Below the pieces are notes generated by a model. That model saw only the letters and a list, made by a program, of their open reading frames with translations, did not search any database and had not been told where the DNA came from. DNA of 64,000 nucleotides, taken from NCBI GenBank assembly GCA_963798085.1, contig CAWCRS010000007.1:224001-288000 (forward strand). Reading direction: 5' to 3'. This DNA comes from an uncultured Gemmatimonadales bacterium (lineage in GTDB: Bacteria; Gemmatimonadota; Gemmatimonadetes; Longimicrobiales; RSA9). This document shows positions 1-10,884 of the stretch, piece by piece; position 1 is the first letter of the stretch; each line of letters starts with the position of its first letter. A program made the translations under genes and the position numbers.

Positions 1-871
1 GTGTGAGCGGTCGAACCGCGCCTTGCTCTGTGCTTCAATGGCTGCCTTGATCATGCCCGGAATGCGTTCCAGCTTGTCCTGCGCTGTCTGGTAGGTCACG
101 CCCACACTGAAGACAATGCGGCGCTCGAACATCCGCTTGTAGTTGCGTATGCGGGACTTGAGCAGGTCCGAGTTGGAGAAGATGAGCTGCTCGCCCGAAA
201 GACTGCGTACGCGTGTCGTCTTGAGCCCCACCATTCTCGATCGTTCCCATCAGGTCGTCGACAATGATGAAGTCGCCGAGCACGAACGGCTTGTCCAGCA
301 CGATGGAAAGCGATGCGAACAGATCGCCCAGGATGTTCTGCAGCGCCAGGGCCACCGCGATGCCGCCCACGCCCAGTCCGGTGAGCAGCGGACCCACCTC
401 GATGCCCAGGTTCTGCAATGCGGCCAGCAGCAGCAGCGACCACAGCGCGATGCGGATGAGCAGGCCCAGCGCCGAGAGGGTGGTCGCGGCCGCCGGATCC
501 TGCTCCAGTGTGAGGCGCATGCGCCGGTGCAGGAACGCATTGATGGCGACGTTTGCCCACGAACCCGCCTGCATCACGATCGCGAGGACCGCCAGGTAGC
601 GCAGGATGGTGTCAGCCTGATGCGGCAGGGCCACGGTGCGGGCCGCCGCCCACACGCCCAGAAACAGCAGGAAGTACATTTTCGTATGGCCGAGAACATC
701 GACCACGGTATCGTCGAAGTGCGTTCGCGTACGACTTGCCAGCTTCCTGAGTCTGCGGATGAGCACGGCGCGCACGACGCCCAGTGTGAGTGGCAGGCCG
801 ATGGCCAGCGACAGCGCAATGATCCACGCGCGCAGCGTGTTGCCGAAATAGAGCGTGTCGAGGATTTGCAT
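1..871 (-). CDS. MscS-family mechanosensitive ion channel (frameshifted near 232; runs off the left edge)
   Basis: TM segments plus GLGVGGIAVALALQNILGDLFASLSIVLDKPFVLGDFI. After an extra G near 232 another frame continues VGLKTTRVRSLSGEQLIFSNSDLLKSRIRNYKRM, the typical MscS beta-domain. Confidence 0.9.
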
Positions 872-1027
872 GGTCCGATGGTCAGCTGGTGAGGGTCGCA
901 ACGTAGAGCCTGCACGTCGCCTGCGCAAATCAGCGCGGAACGGGCTCGCTCACACGCTGGTATGGAAGCGTCGCACGGACCGGCCTGCCGCTGTCGGCTG
1001 GCGTGCGCGGGGAGGATCGACACACGA

Positions 1028-3239
1028 ATGCGGTTCCTGCTGATCGCGCTGGTATTGCTGGCGCAGAGTGCGCGTCTCGCCGCGCAGCAGACAGACGCGT
1101 ATCTCGACGAGGGCGCGCGCGAGCTGGTGCGACTGGGCCGTCAGCGTCGCAACACCGTGGACCGCTCCATCGAGCGCTACACAGCCCTGGTGCAGGAGCG
1201 CATTTCGGCGGGGCTGCGCATGGTGGGACGCGAGCGCCTCTTCTATCGCCGCGAAACCGCCGCCCGCATCGACTGGCAGCGCAACGGTCCCCGCCGCATT
1301 GAAGTGCTGGGCGCACGCGAGACCATACCAGTTGCGATGAAGAATGTGCAGGTGCCTGAAGACCTGCGCCGCTTCATGCCGCACCTCGCCTTCGATCCGG
1401 TCGAGCCCGACATCTTCGTGCGCATGGACACCACCTTCCTGCGCCATCCACTCGCCGAAGGAAGTGAAACGCACTACCGCTTCCGCTCCGGCGACACCAC
1501 CACGATCCAGCTGCCCGACGGCCGCACCATCCGGCTCTACGAGCTGATCGTCATCCCGCGCACGGATGACATCCACCTGCTCACCGGCTCCTTCTGGATG
1601 GACTCCGACACGCACGCGGTGGTGCGCGCCACCTTCCGTCCGGCCCGCAACTACGATTACGATCGCGACCGGGACGAGGACGACGATGCGCCCGGATTCC
1701 TCAAACCCATCAAGGCGGAGCTGCCCTACATAACAGTCGAATACGGACTGTTCGACTTCCGCTGGTGGCTGCCCCGCGTGATCGCGGCGGAAGGCTCCAT
1801 AACAGTCTCTTTCGTCACCATGCCGCTGCGCTACGAGCGGCGCTATTCCGAGTACACGGTGGTGGGCGACACGGCGCACGTCGCGCTCGCGGCGGACAGC
1901 ACGCGCACCCGGCCCTGCCGGCCGCCCTTCGAGCTGTCCATAAACATCGGGTCGGAGGACACCACTCGCCGGGAACGGGCGCGCGAGGCCCGCGCCACGG
2001 CACGCGCCGCCGCAGCGGCCGGCGACACCACGGCCGCGGACAGCGCGCGCACGGCTCGCCGCGATCGCAGGCGCCGCTGCCTCGAATCCTTCGAGGTCGT
2101 GGTGGCGGACAGCGCGAAACTGCTCAACAGCGAGTACCTGCCGCCCTCGATCTACTCGAACAGATGTAGCGCTGCTGACGGAAACGGATCTGCAGGAGCT
2201 GGGCAAGCAGCTCGATCGCCTGCCACAGACGCCGTGGCAGCTGCGGCCGCCCAGCTTCGCCTGGGGACTCGGCGCCGCCAGCCTGATGCGCTACAATCGC
2301 GTCGAGGCGCTCTCCGTGGGTGTGCACAGCGGCCTGGATCTGGGTCGCCTCACTCTCGACGGCACCGCCCGCCTCGGCATCGCCGACCTCGAACCCAACG
2401 CCGAGTTATCCGTTGCCACTGCCAGCACCGGCAGTGTGCGGCGCATCACCGGGTACCGCCGCCTGGCCGCGGCCAATCCGGACACGCGCCCGTTCGGCTT
2501 CGGCAACTCCTTCAAGTCACTCTTCTTCGGCACGGATGACGGCGAGTACCTGCGCGCCGCGGGCGCCGAGTTCATCGCGAAGCCGCCCGTCTCCGCCGAC
2601 CAGTGGTACGATCTGCGCCTTTACGGCGAGCACCAGACGCACGCCCGCCGCGAAACGGATTTCAGCGTTCCGCACCTGCTCGACTCCGACCAGTTGTTCC
2701 GGCCCAACATTGATGCGGCGAAGGCGGATCAGTTGGGCGCGGCGCTGACGCTGCGCACCACGCATGGGTTCGATCCCGAGGCATTTCGCTGGGGCGGCGA
2801 GCTCTATCTAGCGGGCGAGACGGGCACGTATCGCTTCGCCCGGCCAGGCCTCATGCTGCGCGCCGTTCTGCCCGTCGCAGGTCTGGCGCTCGCCGTGGAA
2901 GGCGGAGCGGGTACCAGCACAGGCGAAGTGCCGGTGCAGGGCGACTGGTACCTCGGCGGACCCGCCACGCTGCGCGGCTATGATGGCGGTGTCCTGCACG
3001 GCACGTCCTGCTGGAGAAGTCGGGTCGAGCTGTCGCGCAACCGACCGGCCGCGCGCCTCACACTGTTCTCCGATGCCGGCTGGGCCGGTTCGCGCGACGA
3101 ATTCGCACTGAGCCACCCGCTGGTCTCGGCAGGCGCCGGCCTCAGCTTCTTCGACAACCTCGTGCGCCTCGATCTGGCGCGCGGGCTGCGCGCCCCGCTT
3201 GGCTGGCGCGCCGATCTCTATCTGAGCGCCAGCTTCTGA
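1028..3239 (+). CDS. Secreted outer-membrane protein with C-terminal Omp85/BamA-like beta-barrel (frameshifted near 2160)
   Basis: Signal peptide MRFLLIALVLLAQSARLAAQ. ORFs 962-2539 and 2286-3239 join through a frameshift (…IYS/DVALLTETDLQELGKQL…). The C-terminal part has LGGPATLRGY, amphipathic strands and a terminal Phe. Confidence 0.65.
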
Positions 3240-3463
3240 GCCCGCCCGCAGCGGCGCATCACGGTGCGATCGTTCCCCCCAGGAAGGGTGTGCTCGTGGG
3301 TTGCGGCGAGCCGCCCGCGTTTGCGCGGCGCCGGCCGCGCTGCTCGCTGCGCGGCCCGTATGCATGCTGCGTGGCCCGTAATGCCGTCGGATTGGCGGGT
3401 ACGCGCACCGAGCTCCGTCAACCAGCGTCGCGGCGGAGCGGCGGTGCGCACGCGATTGAAGAA

Positions 3464-4195
3464 TCAGTCGGGCAGCGCGTGCACCAGCAGCAGCGTGATG
3501 TTGTCCTGTCCGCCACCCGCCTTGGCCAGGGCAACGAGTCGCTGCCCGATGCTGGACAGGTCGTCGCCGTCCTTGAGCTGGGCCTCGAGGTCCCCATCCC
3601 GCACCATACCCGACAGGCCATCCGAGCACAGCAGAAAGAAGTCGCCCGGCTCCACATCCACCGCCACCACATCGGGCAGCACGGAATCCTCCGTGCCCAG
3701 CACGCGCGTGAGGATGCTGGAATACGGATGCGCCCTTGCCTGCGACGGCGTGAGGACACCCGCATCCACGCGGTCCTGCACCCAGGTATGGTCGCGTGTC
3801 AGCTGCTCGAGCCGGCCGCCGCGCATGCGGTACACACGCGAGTCGCCAACGTGCGCGATCGTGGCGCGGCCCGCCGCAGACACCGCGAGCACGCTCATGG
3901 TCGTGCCCATGCCCTTCTTCTCGGGCTCCGCGCGGCCTCGTCGGCGGATTTCGCGATTTGCCACAACGAACGCGCGTACCAGTGGCTGCGCCGGATTCGT
4001 CGAGCGAGGTCTGGCCACGCTCAACTCATGTTGCAGCGCCTCCACGGCAATGCGGCTCGCCACTTCGCCCGCGGCGTGACCGCCCATGCCGTCGGCTACC
4101 GCGAAAACACCGCGTTCGCCGCTCTCCAGCAGCGCATCCTCGTTATTCGGCCGAACCAGACCCGGGTCGGTCAGCGCGATGGATTCCCAGCGCAT
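3464..4195 (-). CDS. PP2C/Stp1-family Ser/Thr protein phosphatase
   Basis: Motifs RPNNED, VADGMGGHAAGEVAS, MGTT, HVGDSR, LCSDGL, GGQDNIT. Confidence 0.95.
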   Translation of the reverse strand: MRWESIALTDPGLVRPNNEDALLESGERGVFAVADGMGGHAAGEVASRIAVEALQHELSVARPRSTNPAQPLVRAFVVANREIRRRGRAEPEKKGMGTTMSVLAVSAAGRATIAHVGDSRVYRMRGGRLEQLTRDHTWVQDRVDAGVLTPSQARAHPYSSILTRVLGTEDSVLPDVVAVDVEPGDFFLLCSDGLSGMVRDGDLEAQLKDGDDLSSIGQRLVALAKAGGGQDNITLLLVHALPD

Positions 4196-4285
4196 GACCG
4201 TCTATCGGTTTCCTGGCAGCGCGTCACGTCCAGCCATTACGTCGTCACCGTTGAGCATTGCACGGGAAACTGCCGATATTGATAC

Positions 4286-4804
4286 ATGCATCCGAAGCGC
4301 ATCCTCGTTTCATTGGCGTCTGCTCTTTCCTGCGGTCCGCTCTCCCTGTTCGTCGCCTGCCAGGCAGCCGGCACGCATCGGGCGCAGGCATCGGCCACGC
4401 AGGTTACGACCGAGATCGGCCCGGGCACCAGCGTTCGTGAGACCCTGGCCTTCCTGCAGGCACAACTCGACTCCGCGCTCAGTACCGGAGTCGATGCTGT
4501 GGTAGCCCGGCACCTGGATCGTGCGGAAGCGATTTCGAATCGGCTGCTTGAATCCCGGCTTCCTTTTGCATGGATAAGCGCGGAACAGTACAGCCTCGAG
4601 GCCAGGTTGCGTCAGATCCAGGCGAGAGCGGACCGCGCCGAGGCCTTGCTGCGCGATGGCGCCCCGCGGGAGGCGATCGCCGCAGAGGTGCGCGGTCTGC
4701 TCGATGCCGTGGCTCAGGTGAAGAGCGAGCTGGACGCCGGAGGGGGTACCGCCCCGCCTCCAGTAGGCCATCTCCTGACGGTTCTGGATAGCGCCAGGCA
4801 TTAG
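4286..4804 (+). CDS. Hypothetical exported/lipoprotein, helical
   Basis: Hydrophobic N-terminus ending LFVAC; coding-like composition; fills the gap between neighbouring genes. Confidence 0.6.
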   Translation: MHPKRILVSLASALSCGPLSLFVACQAAGTHRAQASATQVTTEIGPGTSVRETLAFLQAQLDSALSTGVDAVVARHLDRAEAISNRLLESRLPFAWISAEQYSLEARLRQIQARADRAEALLRDGAPREAIAAEVRGLLDAVAQVKSELDAGGGTAPPPVGHLLTVLDSARH

Positions 4805-5047
4805 CCTGGAAGCCGACAGAAATTGCTGAGGGAACCCCTTCTGGTCGGCTGGGGTTCGGGGTGGCAAGTGAGTTGCGTCGACACTCTCCAGCGGCCTCGA
4901 AAGCGGCGGAACACCCCCTGATGGGTGGGGTTACACTTGCCGCGCCGGAGGGCACGCCCGCTTGATATCGGCCGGAATGGTCGCGGTTTCGACGGTGAAA
5001 ACGAGGTGCCGTGGCTCTTCGGCCACGGTCGTACATAGAGGGATCCC

Positions 5048-5947
5048 ATGATCGCAATCGCTGATGCGCGCAAGCGACGCCGCCGCGGCGGGCGACTCGA
5101 CAGTCTGCTCGAGGCGCCTGAGGAGCGGAGTGCGCTCGATCAGTACCTGCGCGACGTCAGCCGCCACGAGCTGCTGACGCCCGCCGAAGAGATCGAGCTG
5201 GGTCGTCGTGCGCGCACGGGAGACGAAGACGCCATTCAGCGCCTGGTTCGTGCGAACCTGCGTTTCGTCATCAGTGTGGCCAAGAAGTACCAGAATCGCG
5301 GTGTCTCGCTCATCGACCTGATCCAGGAAGGCAACGTCGGTCTGGTCACGGCCGCGCGGAAGTTCGATGTCGATCAGGGCGTGAAGTTCATTTCGTACGC
5401 CGTGTGGTGGATCCGCCAGGCGATTCTCGCGGCACTGGCCAATCAGGGTCGTGCGGTGCGCGTGCCTCTGAACCGTGCCAGTGACCTGGCCCGCATTTTC
5501 CGCGAGCGCGAGCGCCTCAAGCAGGAGCTGGGTCGTGATCCGACGATCCCCGAGGTCGCGCAGGCTGCGGCGCTGACGCCGGAAGTCGTGACGTCGCTGC
5601 AGACGCTGAATGCCGCGGAGATCCGCCTCGATGCGCCCATCGGCGACAGCGAGGACAGCCAGCTCGTCGAGCGTTTCATGTTCGAGGAAGCCGAGCGGCC
5701 CGAAGAGGAAGTCGAAGAGCGTCTGCTCACCGAGCACATCGAGCGCGCCCTCGATACACTGACGCCGCGTGATGCGCGCGTGGTGCGCCTCTACTTCGGT
5801 CTCGACGGCGGCCGTGAACACACGCTCGAGGAGATCGGCAACATGCTCGGCGTGACGCGTGAGCGTGTGCGCCAGCTGCGTGATCGTGCACTCAAGCGGC
5901 TGCGTGAAGGCGAGCTGGGCACTGCGCTGGAAAGCTTCGCAGCCTGA
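5048..5947 (+). CDS. RNA polymerase sigma70-family factor (RpoD/RpoS-like, lacking region 1.1)
   Basis: Region 1.2 LDQYLRDV; region 2 NLRFVISVAKKY and DLIQEGNVGL, KFISYAVWWIRQAI; region 4 TLEEIGNMLGVTRERVRQ. Confidence 0.95.
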   Translation: MIAIADARKRRRRGGRLDSLLEAPEERSALDQYLRDVSRHELLTPAEEIELGRRARTGDEDAIQRLVRANLRFVISVAKKYQNRGVSLIDLIQEGNVGLVTAARKFDVDQGVKFISYAVWWIRQAILAALANQGRAVRVPLNRASDLARIFRERERLKQELGRDPTIPEVAQAAALTPEVVTSLQTLNAAEIRLDAPIGDSEDSQLVERFMFEEAERPEEEVEERLLTEHIERALDTLTPRDARVVRLYFGLDGGREHTLEEIGNMLGVTRERVRQLRDRALKRLREGELGTALESFAA

Positions 5948-5972
5948 AGCTTTGCACGGTGTGTCAGGAAGA

Positions 5973-6010
5973 GAAGGCCCGCATTGAATGGTGCGGGCCT
6001 TCAGCTTTTT
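5973..6010 (+). terminator. Intrinsic terminator, probably bidirectional
   Basis: Stem GAAGGCCCGCA/TGCGGGCCTTC followed by a T-tract, between convergent genes. Confidence 0.75.
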
Positions 6011-6013
6011 CGC

Positions 6014-6889
6014 TCAGCGATTGCTGCCGGGCCGGCGTTTGGCCGGTTCCGTCAGCGGCACGATCTGCGGTGCGCCCGCGTCCCCGCCCGTGCCCGGGTG
6101 CGGCACCACCATGACCGGCCAGCCGTACACGCGCTCGATGGTCTCGCGCGTGAGCACGTCACGAGCACAGCCTTCGGCGACGACGTGGCCGCGGTCCAGC
6201 AGCACGAGCCCGCTGGCATAACGCGCTGCAAGGTTCAGGTTGTGCGTGACCACGAGCACGGTCGCGCCATCCTTGCGGCTCAGTTCCGCGAGCAGCTCGA
6301 AGATCGCCATCTCGTGCGCAATGTCGAGCTGTGCGGTGGGTTCATCCAGCACGAACGTCGCCGGTTCCTGCGCCAGTGCGCGCGCGATCCGGGCCTGCTG
6401 CCGCTCGCCGCCCGAGAGGCGGTCCATGGGTCGCGCCGCGAGATCGCTCACCGCGCAGCGCTCCATGGCCATCCCGACGGCCAGCTCATCCGCGCGGCTG
6501 GAGCGACGCCACGGGCCCAGATGCGGGTAGCGGCCCATGGCCACCAGCTCGCGCACCGTTATGGGGAAGGGGATCTCCTCGGATTGCGTGACCACGCCGA
6601 TGCGCTGCGCCAGCTCGCGCCGCCGCCAGTCCGCAATGGCGCGACCCTCGTAGTGCACCGTGCCCGACTCCAGCGGCAGCACGCCCAGCAGCAGCCGCAG
6701 CAGCGTCGACTTGCCCGAGCCGTTGGGCCCGATGATCGCCACCAGCGAACCCTTGTCCACGCGCAGTGTGGCATCGTGCACGGTGGGCCGCTGCGCGCCC
6801 GGGTACACAAACTCGACGTTAGACGCCTGGAATGCGGCCGGGCCGGACGCGGGCTCCACGGTGGCGGCTGACGCGGGAATGTCGCTCAC
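6014..6889 (-). CDS. Cobalamin/Fe-siderophore ABC transporter ATP-binding protein (BtuD/FepC-like)
   Basis: Walker A GPNGSGKST, LSGGERQ, LDEPT, THNLNLA. Confidence 0.92.
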   Translation of the reverse strand: MSDIPASAATVEPASGPAAFQASNVEFVYPGAQRPTVHDATLRVDKGSLVAIIGPNGSGKSTLLRLLLGVLPLESGTVHYEGRAIADWRRRELAQRIGVVTQSEEIPFPITVRELVAMGRYPHLGPWRRSSRADELAVGMAMERCAVSDLAARPMDRLSGGERQQARIARALAQEPATFVLDEPTAQLDIAHEMAIFELLAELSRKDGATVLVVTHNLNLAARYASGLVLLDRGHVVAEGCARDVLTRETIERVYGWPVMVVPHPGTGGDAGAPQIVPLTEPAKRRPGSNR

Positions 6890-7917
6890 CGCAGACTCCG
6901 CGACAGGATCACGACGAACAGGGGCACGCCCACCAGCGCCGTGATCACACCCACCGGCAGCTCCGCGGGCGCCGCCATGGTGCGCGCCGCCGTGTCCGCC
7001 AGCAGCAGGAAGGCGCCTCCCGCGAGGAAACAGCCGGGCAGCAGAAAGCGGTGATCGCCGCCCCAGAGCAGGCGCAGTGCGTGCGGCACGATCAGTCCGA
7101 TGAAGCCCACTACGCCGCAGGCCGCAACCGAGGCGGCCACGACGAGTGATGCCAGCACGTAGGCGATCACTTTCACGCGCTCGACACGGATGCCGAGGTA
7201 GAGCGCGGTCTCATCGCCCAGCGCCAGCAGGTTGAAGGCGCGCGCCAGCGCCACCAGCAGCGCCACCATGGGCAGGATGTAGATCGCCACAATGAGCACG
7301 AGCGGCCAGCTCGCGGGTGCCAGACTGCCCATCATCCAGAACACAGCGGAGCGGAAGCTCTCGATGTTCGTGAACGTGAGCAGCAGCAGAATCACGGCAT
7401 TGAAGAACGCGCCCATCACGACACCGGCGAGCAGCAGCACGCGCGAATCGAAGCCGCGGCCCACACGCAGCGCCACCCAGAATACCAGGCCGATGGCGCC
7501 CATGGCGCCGGCGAAGGCGGCCAGCGGAAGGCCCCACGCCGCCGATGCCAGGCCCAGCACGATGCCGGCCACCGCACCCACGGCGGCGCCGCCGGAAACA
7601 CCCAGCACGTACGGCTCCGCCAGCGGATTGCGCAGCAGCGCCTGGAACGCGGCGCCGCTGGTGGCCAGCCCGCCGCCCACGAGAATCGCGAAGAGCGTGC
7701 GTGGCAGACGCAGGTCGAGGACGATCGTGCGCGTCGTCGCATCACCGCCGCCCGTGAGCGCATCGATCAGCGCGGACGAGGGGATCTGCGCCGGTCCCGT
7801 GCTCAGGCTGAGCAACGCCGTGAAGATCAGCCCGCCCGCGAGAATCGCGAGTCGCCAGGCGGTGGAGTCGCCGATCGCGGGAACCGGCCGGTCTTCCGGC
7901 GACGCCAGTGTTCTCAC
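6886..7917 (-). CDS. FecCD/BtuC-family ABC permease
   Basis: LRLPR, QALLRNPLAEPYVLGVSGGA, GFIGLIVPH, ELPVGVITALVGVP. GTG start overlaps the upstream TGA. Confidence 0.92.
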   Translation of the reverse strand: MRTLASPEDRPVPAIGDSTAWRLAILAGGLIFTALLSLSTGPAQIPSSALIDALTGGGDATTRTIVLDLRLPRTLFAILVGGGLATSGAAFQALLRNPLAEPYVLGVSGGAAVGAVAGIVLGLASAAWGLPLAAFAGAMGAIGLVFWVALRVGRGFDSRVLLLAGVVMGAFFNAVILLLLTFTNIESFRSAVFWMMGSLAPASWPLVLIVAIYILPMVALLVALARAFNLLALGDETALYLGIRVERVKVIAYVLASLVVAASVAACGVVGFIGLIVPHALRLLWGGDHRFLLPGCFLAGGAFLLLADTAARTMAAPAELPVGVITALVGVPLFVVILSRSLR

Positions 7918-8864
7918 GGTCGTGCGCTCTCCGGATGGATCGCGACCACCAGCGAGTGGATGGCGCTGATCAGCAGCGGGCCCGGCCGGTTGAAGCGCGT
8001 GGCGTCGACCACGAACACGCGTCCTGCACGCACCGCATCGAGTGTGCGCCAGCCGGGAGACGCGCTCAGCCTGCTGCGCACCTGTTCCGCCGACTGCGCC
8101 TCCACCGCGGCCACAATCACGTGCGGCTGCTTCGCCAGCACATCCTCGACGCTCAGCTCGGGCCAGCGTGTGGGCGAAGCCCGCACCACGTTGGCGCCGC
8201 CCGCGACGTCGATCAGCTCGTTCACGAACGTGCCCGATCCTGCCGCCATGGGTGGATCGAGGCCAATCAGGTAGAGCACGCTGACGCGCGGCAGATTCGC
8301 GACCTGTGCGCGCGCGGCTGCCATCGCCGAGTCCAGTGCGCCGACCAGGTGCATCGCCGCACTGTCCAGACCCAGCAGCGCACCAATGTCGTGCATGTTC
8401 TTGCGCGCGTCGGCCAGCGATTCGGTGTGTGACGCGTAGACCGGAACGCCCAGCTCGATGAGCCGGCCCACAATGGTGCGCGTCTGGCGGTCGGGCCACG
8501 CGATCACCAGGTCCGGCCGCTGCTGCGCGATCCACTCCACACTCGGCGTCAGGGCATTGTCCACCGCGGGCACGGCCGCGAGCCGCGGATCCTGGTCGTA
8601 GTCGGTGCGCGCGACCACCCGGTCCGACGCACCCAGCGCGAGCAGGACATCCGTGCTGGCCGGCACCAGGGAAACCACGCGCTGAGCCGGAGTGTCAAGA
8701 CGAATCGTGCGCCCATCGCCATCCACGATCGTGATGGCGGAAGCGCGTGCGGCCGACTCCGCGCGGCAGGCGGCCAGCGGCGCCAGCAGTGCGAGGCAGC
8801 ATGCGAACAGCGCGGTTCGCCGATGCAGTAAGAATGCGGCCGGGGAATGCGGAAGGGCGGGCAC
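7914..8864 (-). CDS. BtuF-like helical-backbone substrate-binding lipoprotein
   Basis: Lipobox LAAC, QRVVSLVPASTD, PDLVI, FNRPGP. Start codon is uncertain. Confidence 0.88.
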   Translation of the reverse strand: MPALPHSPAAFLLHRRTALFACCLALLAPLAACRAESAARASAITIVDGDGRTIRLDTPAQRVVSLVPASTDVLLALGASDRVVARTDYDQDPRLAAVPAVDNALTPSVEWIAQQRPDLVIAWPDRQTRTIVGRLIELGVPVYASHTESLADARKNMHDIGALLGLDSAAMHLVGALDSAMAAARAQVANLPRVSVLYLIGLDPPMAAGSGTFVNELIDVAGGANVVRASPTRWPELSVEDVLAKQPHVIVAAVEAQSAEQVRSRLSASPGWRTLDAVRAGRVFVVDATRFNRPGPLLISAIHSLVVAIHPESARP

Positions 8865-8979
8865 GTCAGCAGCCGTCAAGAAGAAAACCGTCGCCGAGAA
8901 GGACGGAGAGCATACCCGCACGCGACGATTTCGCTTCCCGATGACTGGCCAGTGTTCCCTCCTGACGAACGCGGCGGCT

Positions 8980-9008
8980 AGCGTAGCCGGCACCATCGAG
9001 CCACGCAA
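8980..9008 (-). promoter_or_regulatory. Putative sigma70 promoter of the Btu/Fec-like operon
   Basis: TTGCGT-17 nt-TACGCT on the minus strand, about 115 nt upstream of the btuF-like start. Confidence 0.45.
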
Positions 9009-9220
9009 GCACAATGGATGCACGCCAGTCCCGCGGTGGCGGACGCATCCGGCCGCCACGCGTGCCATGCCCGCCTCTGCGTGCCGCGTGCTCTGCACGA
9101 ATTTGATGACGCACGGGTTATCGGTCGCCAGCCCTCGATGGCGTATCTCTCAGGATCGGAACACAGGGCGGCGGGAATGAGCGGCGCGCCTTGCCTGATC
9201 ACGCGCCGCCCGTCTGCGGC

Positions 9221-10267
9221 TCAGCTCGTGGTGTCCTTGCGGGCCGGGATGGAATCGTGGCGAAGCGAATCCGCTGCTGCATTGCGGGTGCAGCGCTCTT
9301 CCAGCAGCATGCGCCACGTTCCGTTGGCGCCGCGGCCGACCGCTGCATACCCGTCGTCTCCCGTTCCGTAGAGCTTCAGCAGCAGCTCCGGCATGTCGTC
9401 GCGCGTCCAGTCCAGATAATCCAGCACGGCGGGCGCTTCCTTGCCGCCCGTCTCGTAGTCGCGGAAACGCACGAATACCGTGTCATACCCAAGACGGGCC
9501 GGTACCGCGACGAAGAACAGCGACTGGCCTATGTCATCGAGTCCCGGACCCAGTGTGTCCCCTACCAGGTAGGTGGCCGCGAACGCCGGGTCCTGCGAGC
9601 CCGGAATGGGGAACGGCTTCAGCTGCGCCTGTGCTCGCTCCCAGTTGCCCGGCAACGGCGCATTACGCGTACGCAGCATGTGGTCCGCCAGAATGGGCGC
9701 GAGCACGCGCATGGTGCGCGTTGGCGTGAGCGTCTCGTTGGTGCGGCGCTGGATCTGCGGTGCCTGCACGCGCGCCAGTGCCAGAAAATCGTGCACGCCT
9801 GCAGCCCCCGAACCCAGCTCGAGCGTCCCCGTGGCGACAGGCACCGGCCGGCACGCGCCTTCGTCCGCACTCGCCGACTGCGTCACGAACGTGCCGGCGC
9901 GAACGCCATCGTGGAACAGCACGAACTCCGAACCCTGGCGCAGATGTCGCGACATGAACGACTCGTTCCACGCGTGTACGTCGCCGGCCGGCACCACCGG
10001 GAGCAGCGAGTCGGCGGCAATTTCAGCGACCGGTATCAGACGCGCCGAGCCATCGCCCGCTGCCGTCACGTGGTAGAGCACAGGGCCGTCCGGCAGTCGC
10101 CCCGCACCCGGCTCCACGCCCGGCCTGGGTTGCCCGCTGGCCTTCGGCGGCGGCTTCACGATGGTGACTTCCGCACCACCCCAATTCACGTTGTCGCACG
10201 CCGCCAGAACGGTTAGTATCAGGCAGCAGGCCACCAGGGCAACCTTGATGACGGCCTCCTCTTCCAT
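9221..10267 (-). CDS. Hypothetical lipoprotein
   Basis: Lipobox VLAAC; C-terminal DYLDWTRDDMPELL resembles an FG-GAP/Ca-binding loop. Confidence 0.75.
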   Translation of the reverse strand: MEEEAVIKVALVACCLILTVLAACDNVNWGGAEVTIVKPPPKASGQPRPGVEPGAGRLPDGPVLYHVTAAGDGSARLIPVAEIAADSLLPVVPAGDVHAWNESFMSRHLRQGSEFVLFHDGVRAGTFVTQSASADEGACRPVPVATGTLELGSGAAGVHDFLALARVQAPQIQRRTNETLTPTRTMRVLAPILADHMLRTRNAPLPGNWERAQAQLKPFPIPGSQDPAFAATYLVGDTLGPGLDDIGQSLFFVAVPARLGYDTVFVRFRDYETGGKEAPAVLDYLDWTRDDMPELLLKLYGTGDDGYAAVGRGANGTWRMLLEERCTRNAAADSLRHDSIPARKDTTS

Positions 10268-10396
10268 TCGTTGAAGGCGATTCTCTCGAAGTTAAAGTCT
10301 TCAGTCGCCGGGAAGCAACCGACCACGCCACGGCGCCCGCGGCCCGCACGCGAAAACAATGCGCAGTTTCCGCGCGCTCCGGGCGAATTCGAGCGC

Positions 10397-10876
10397 ATGG
10401 CATTCGACTCTTCCGAATTTCGCAGAGTGCTCGGGCACTGGGTCACCGGGGTCGCGATCGTTGCATCGCGCGACGCCGGGGGCGAGCCGTGCGGTCTCAC
10501 CGCCAACGCGGTTTCTTCGCTGTCCCTCGATCCGTCGCTCGTGCTCGTTTGCATCGACCGCAGCGCCAACTCGCACGATTGCATTCGCGACGCCGGTGTG
10601 TTCACCGTCAACATGCTTGCCTCCGGCGATGAGCGTCTGGCGAGGCGCTTTTCGGCGAACGACTGGGAACACAAGTTCGATGGTGTAGGCTGGCACACCG
10701 CAACCACCGGCGCACCCGTGCTCGACGACGCCCTGGCCTGGATCGACTGCCGCATCACCAGCCGCCATGATGGGGGTGATCACAGCATCTTCATCGGCGA
10801 GGTGCTGGCGGCAGATGCGCGCGAAGGTGAGCCGCTCCTCTTCTACCGTGGCGGCTACGGCCGCTTCCGTTCCTGA
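10397..10876 (+). CDS. Flavin reductase family protein
   Basis: FRRVLGHWVTGVAIV, SLSLDPSLVLVC, GGDHSIFIGEV, PLLFYRGGY. Confidence 0.93.
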   Translation: MAFDSSEFRRVLGHWVTGVAIVASRDAGGEPCGLTANAVSSLSLDPSLVLVCIDRSANSHDCIRDAGVFTVNMLASGDERLARRFSANDWEHKFDGVGWHTATTGAPVLDDALAWIDCRITSRHDGGDHSIFIGEVLAADAREGEPLLFYRGGYGRFRS

Positions 10877-10884
10877 GCGCAGCC

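Noticed and set aside
8880..9200. Canonical cobalamin riboswitch as a firm feature
   Set aside because: Core CCCGCAACTGT and AGYCAG motifs were not found; kept only as a low-confidence finding.
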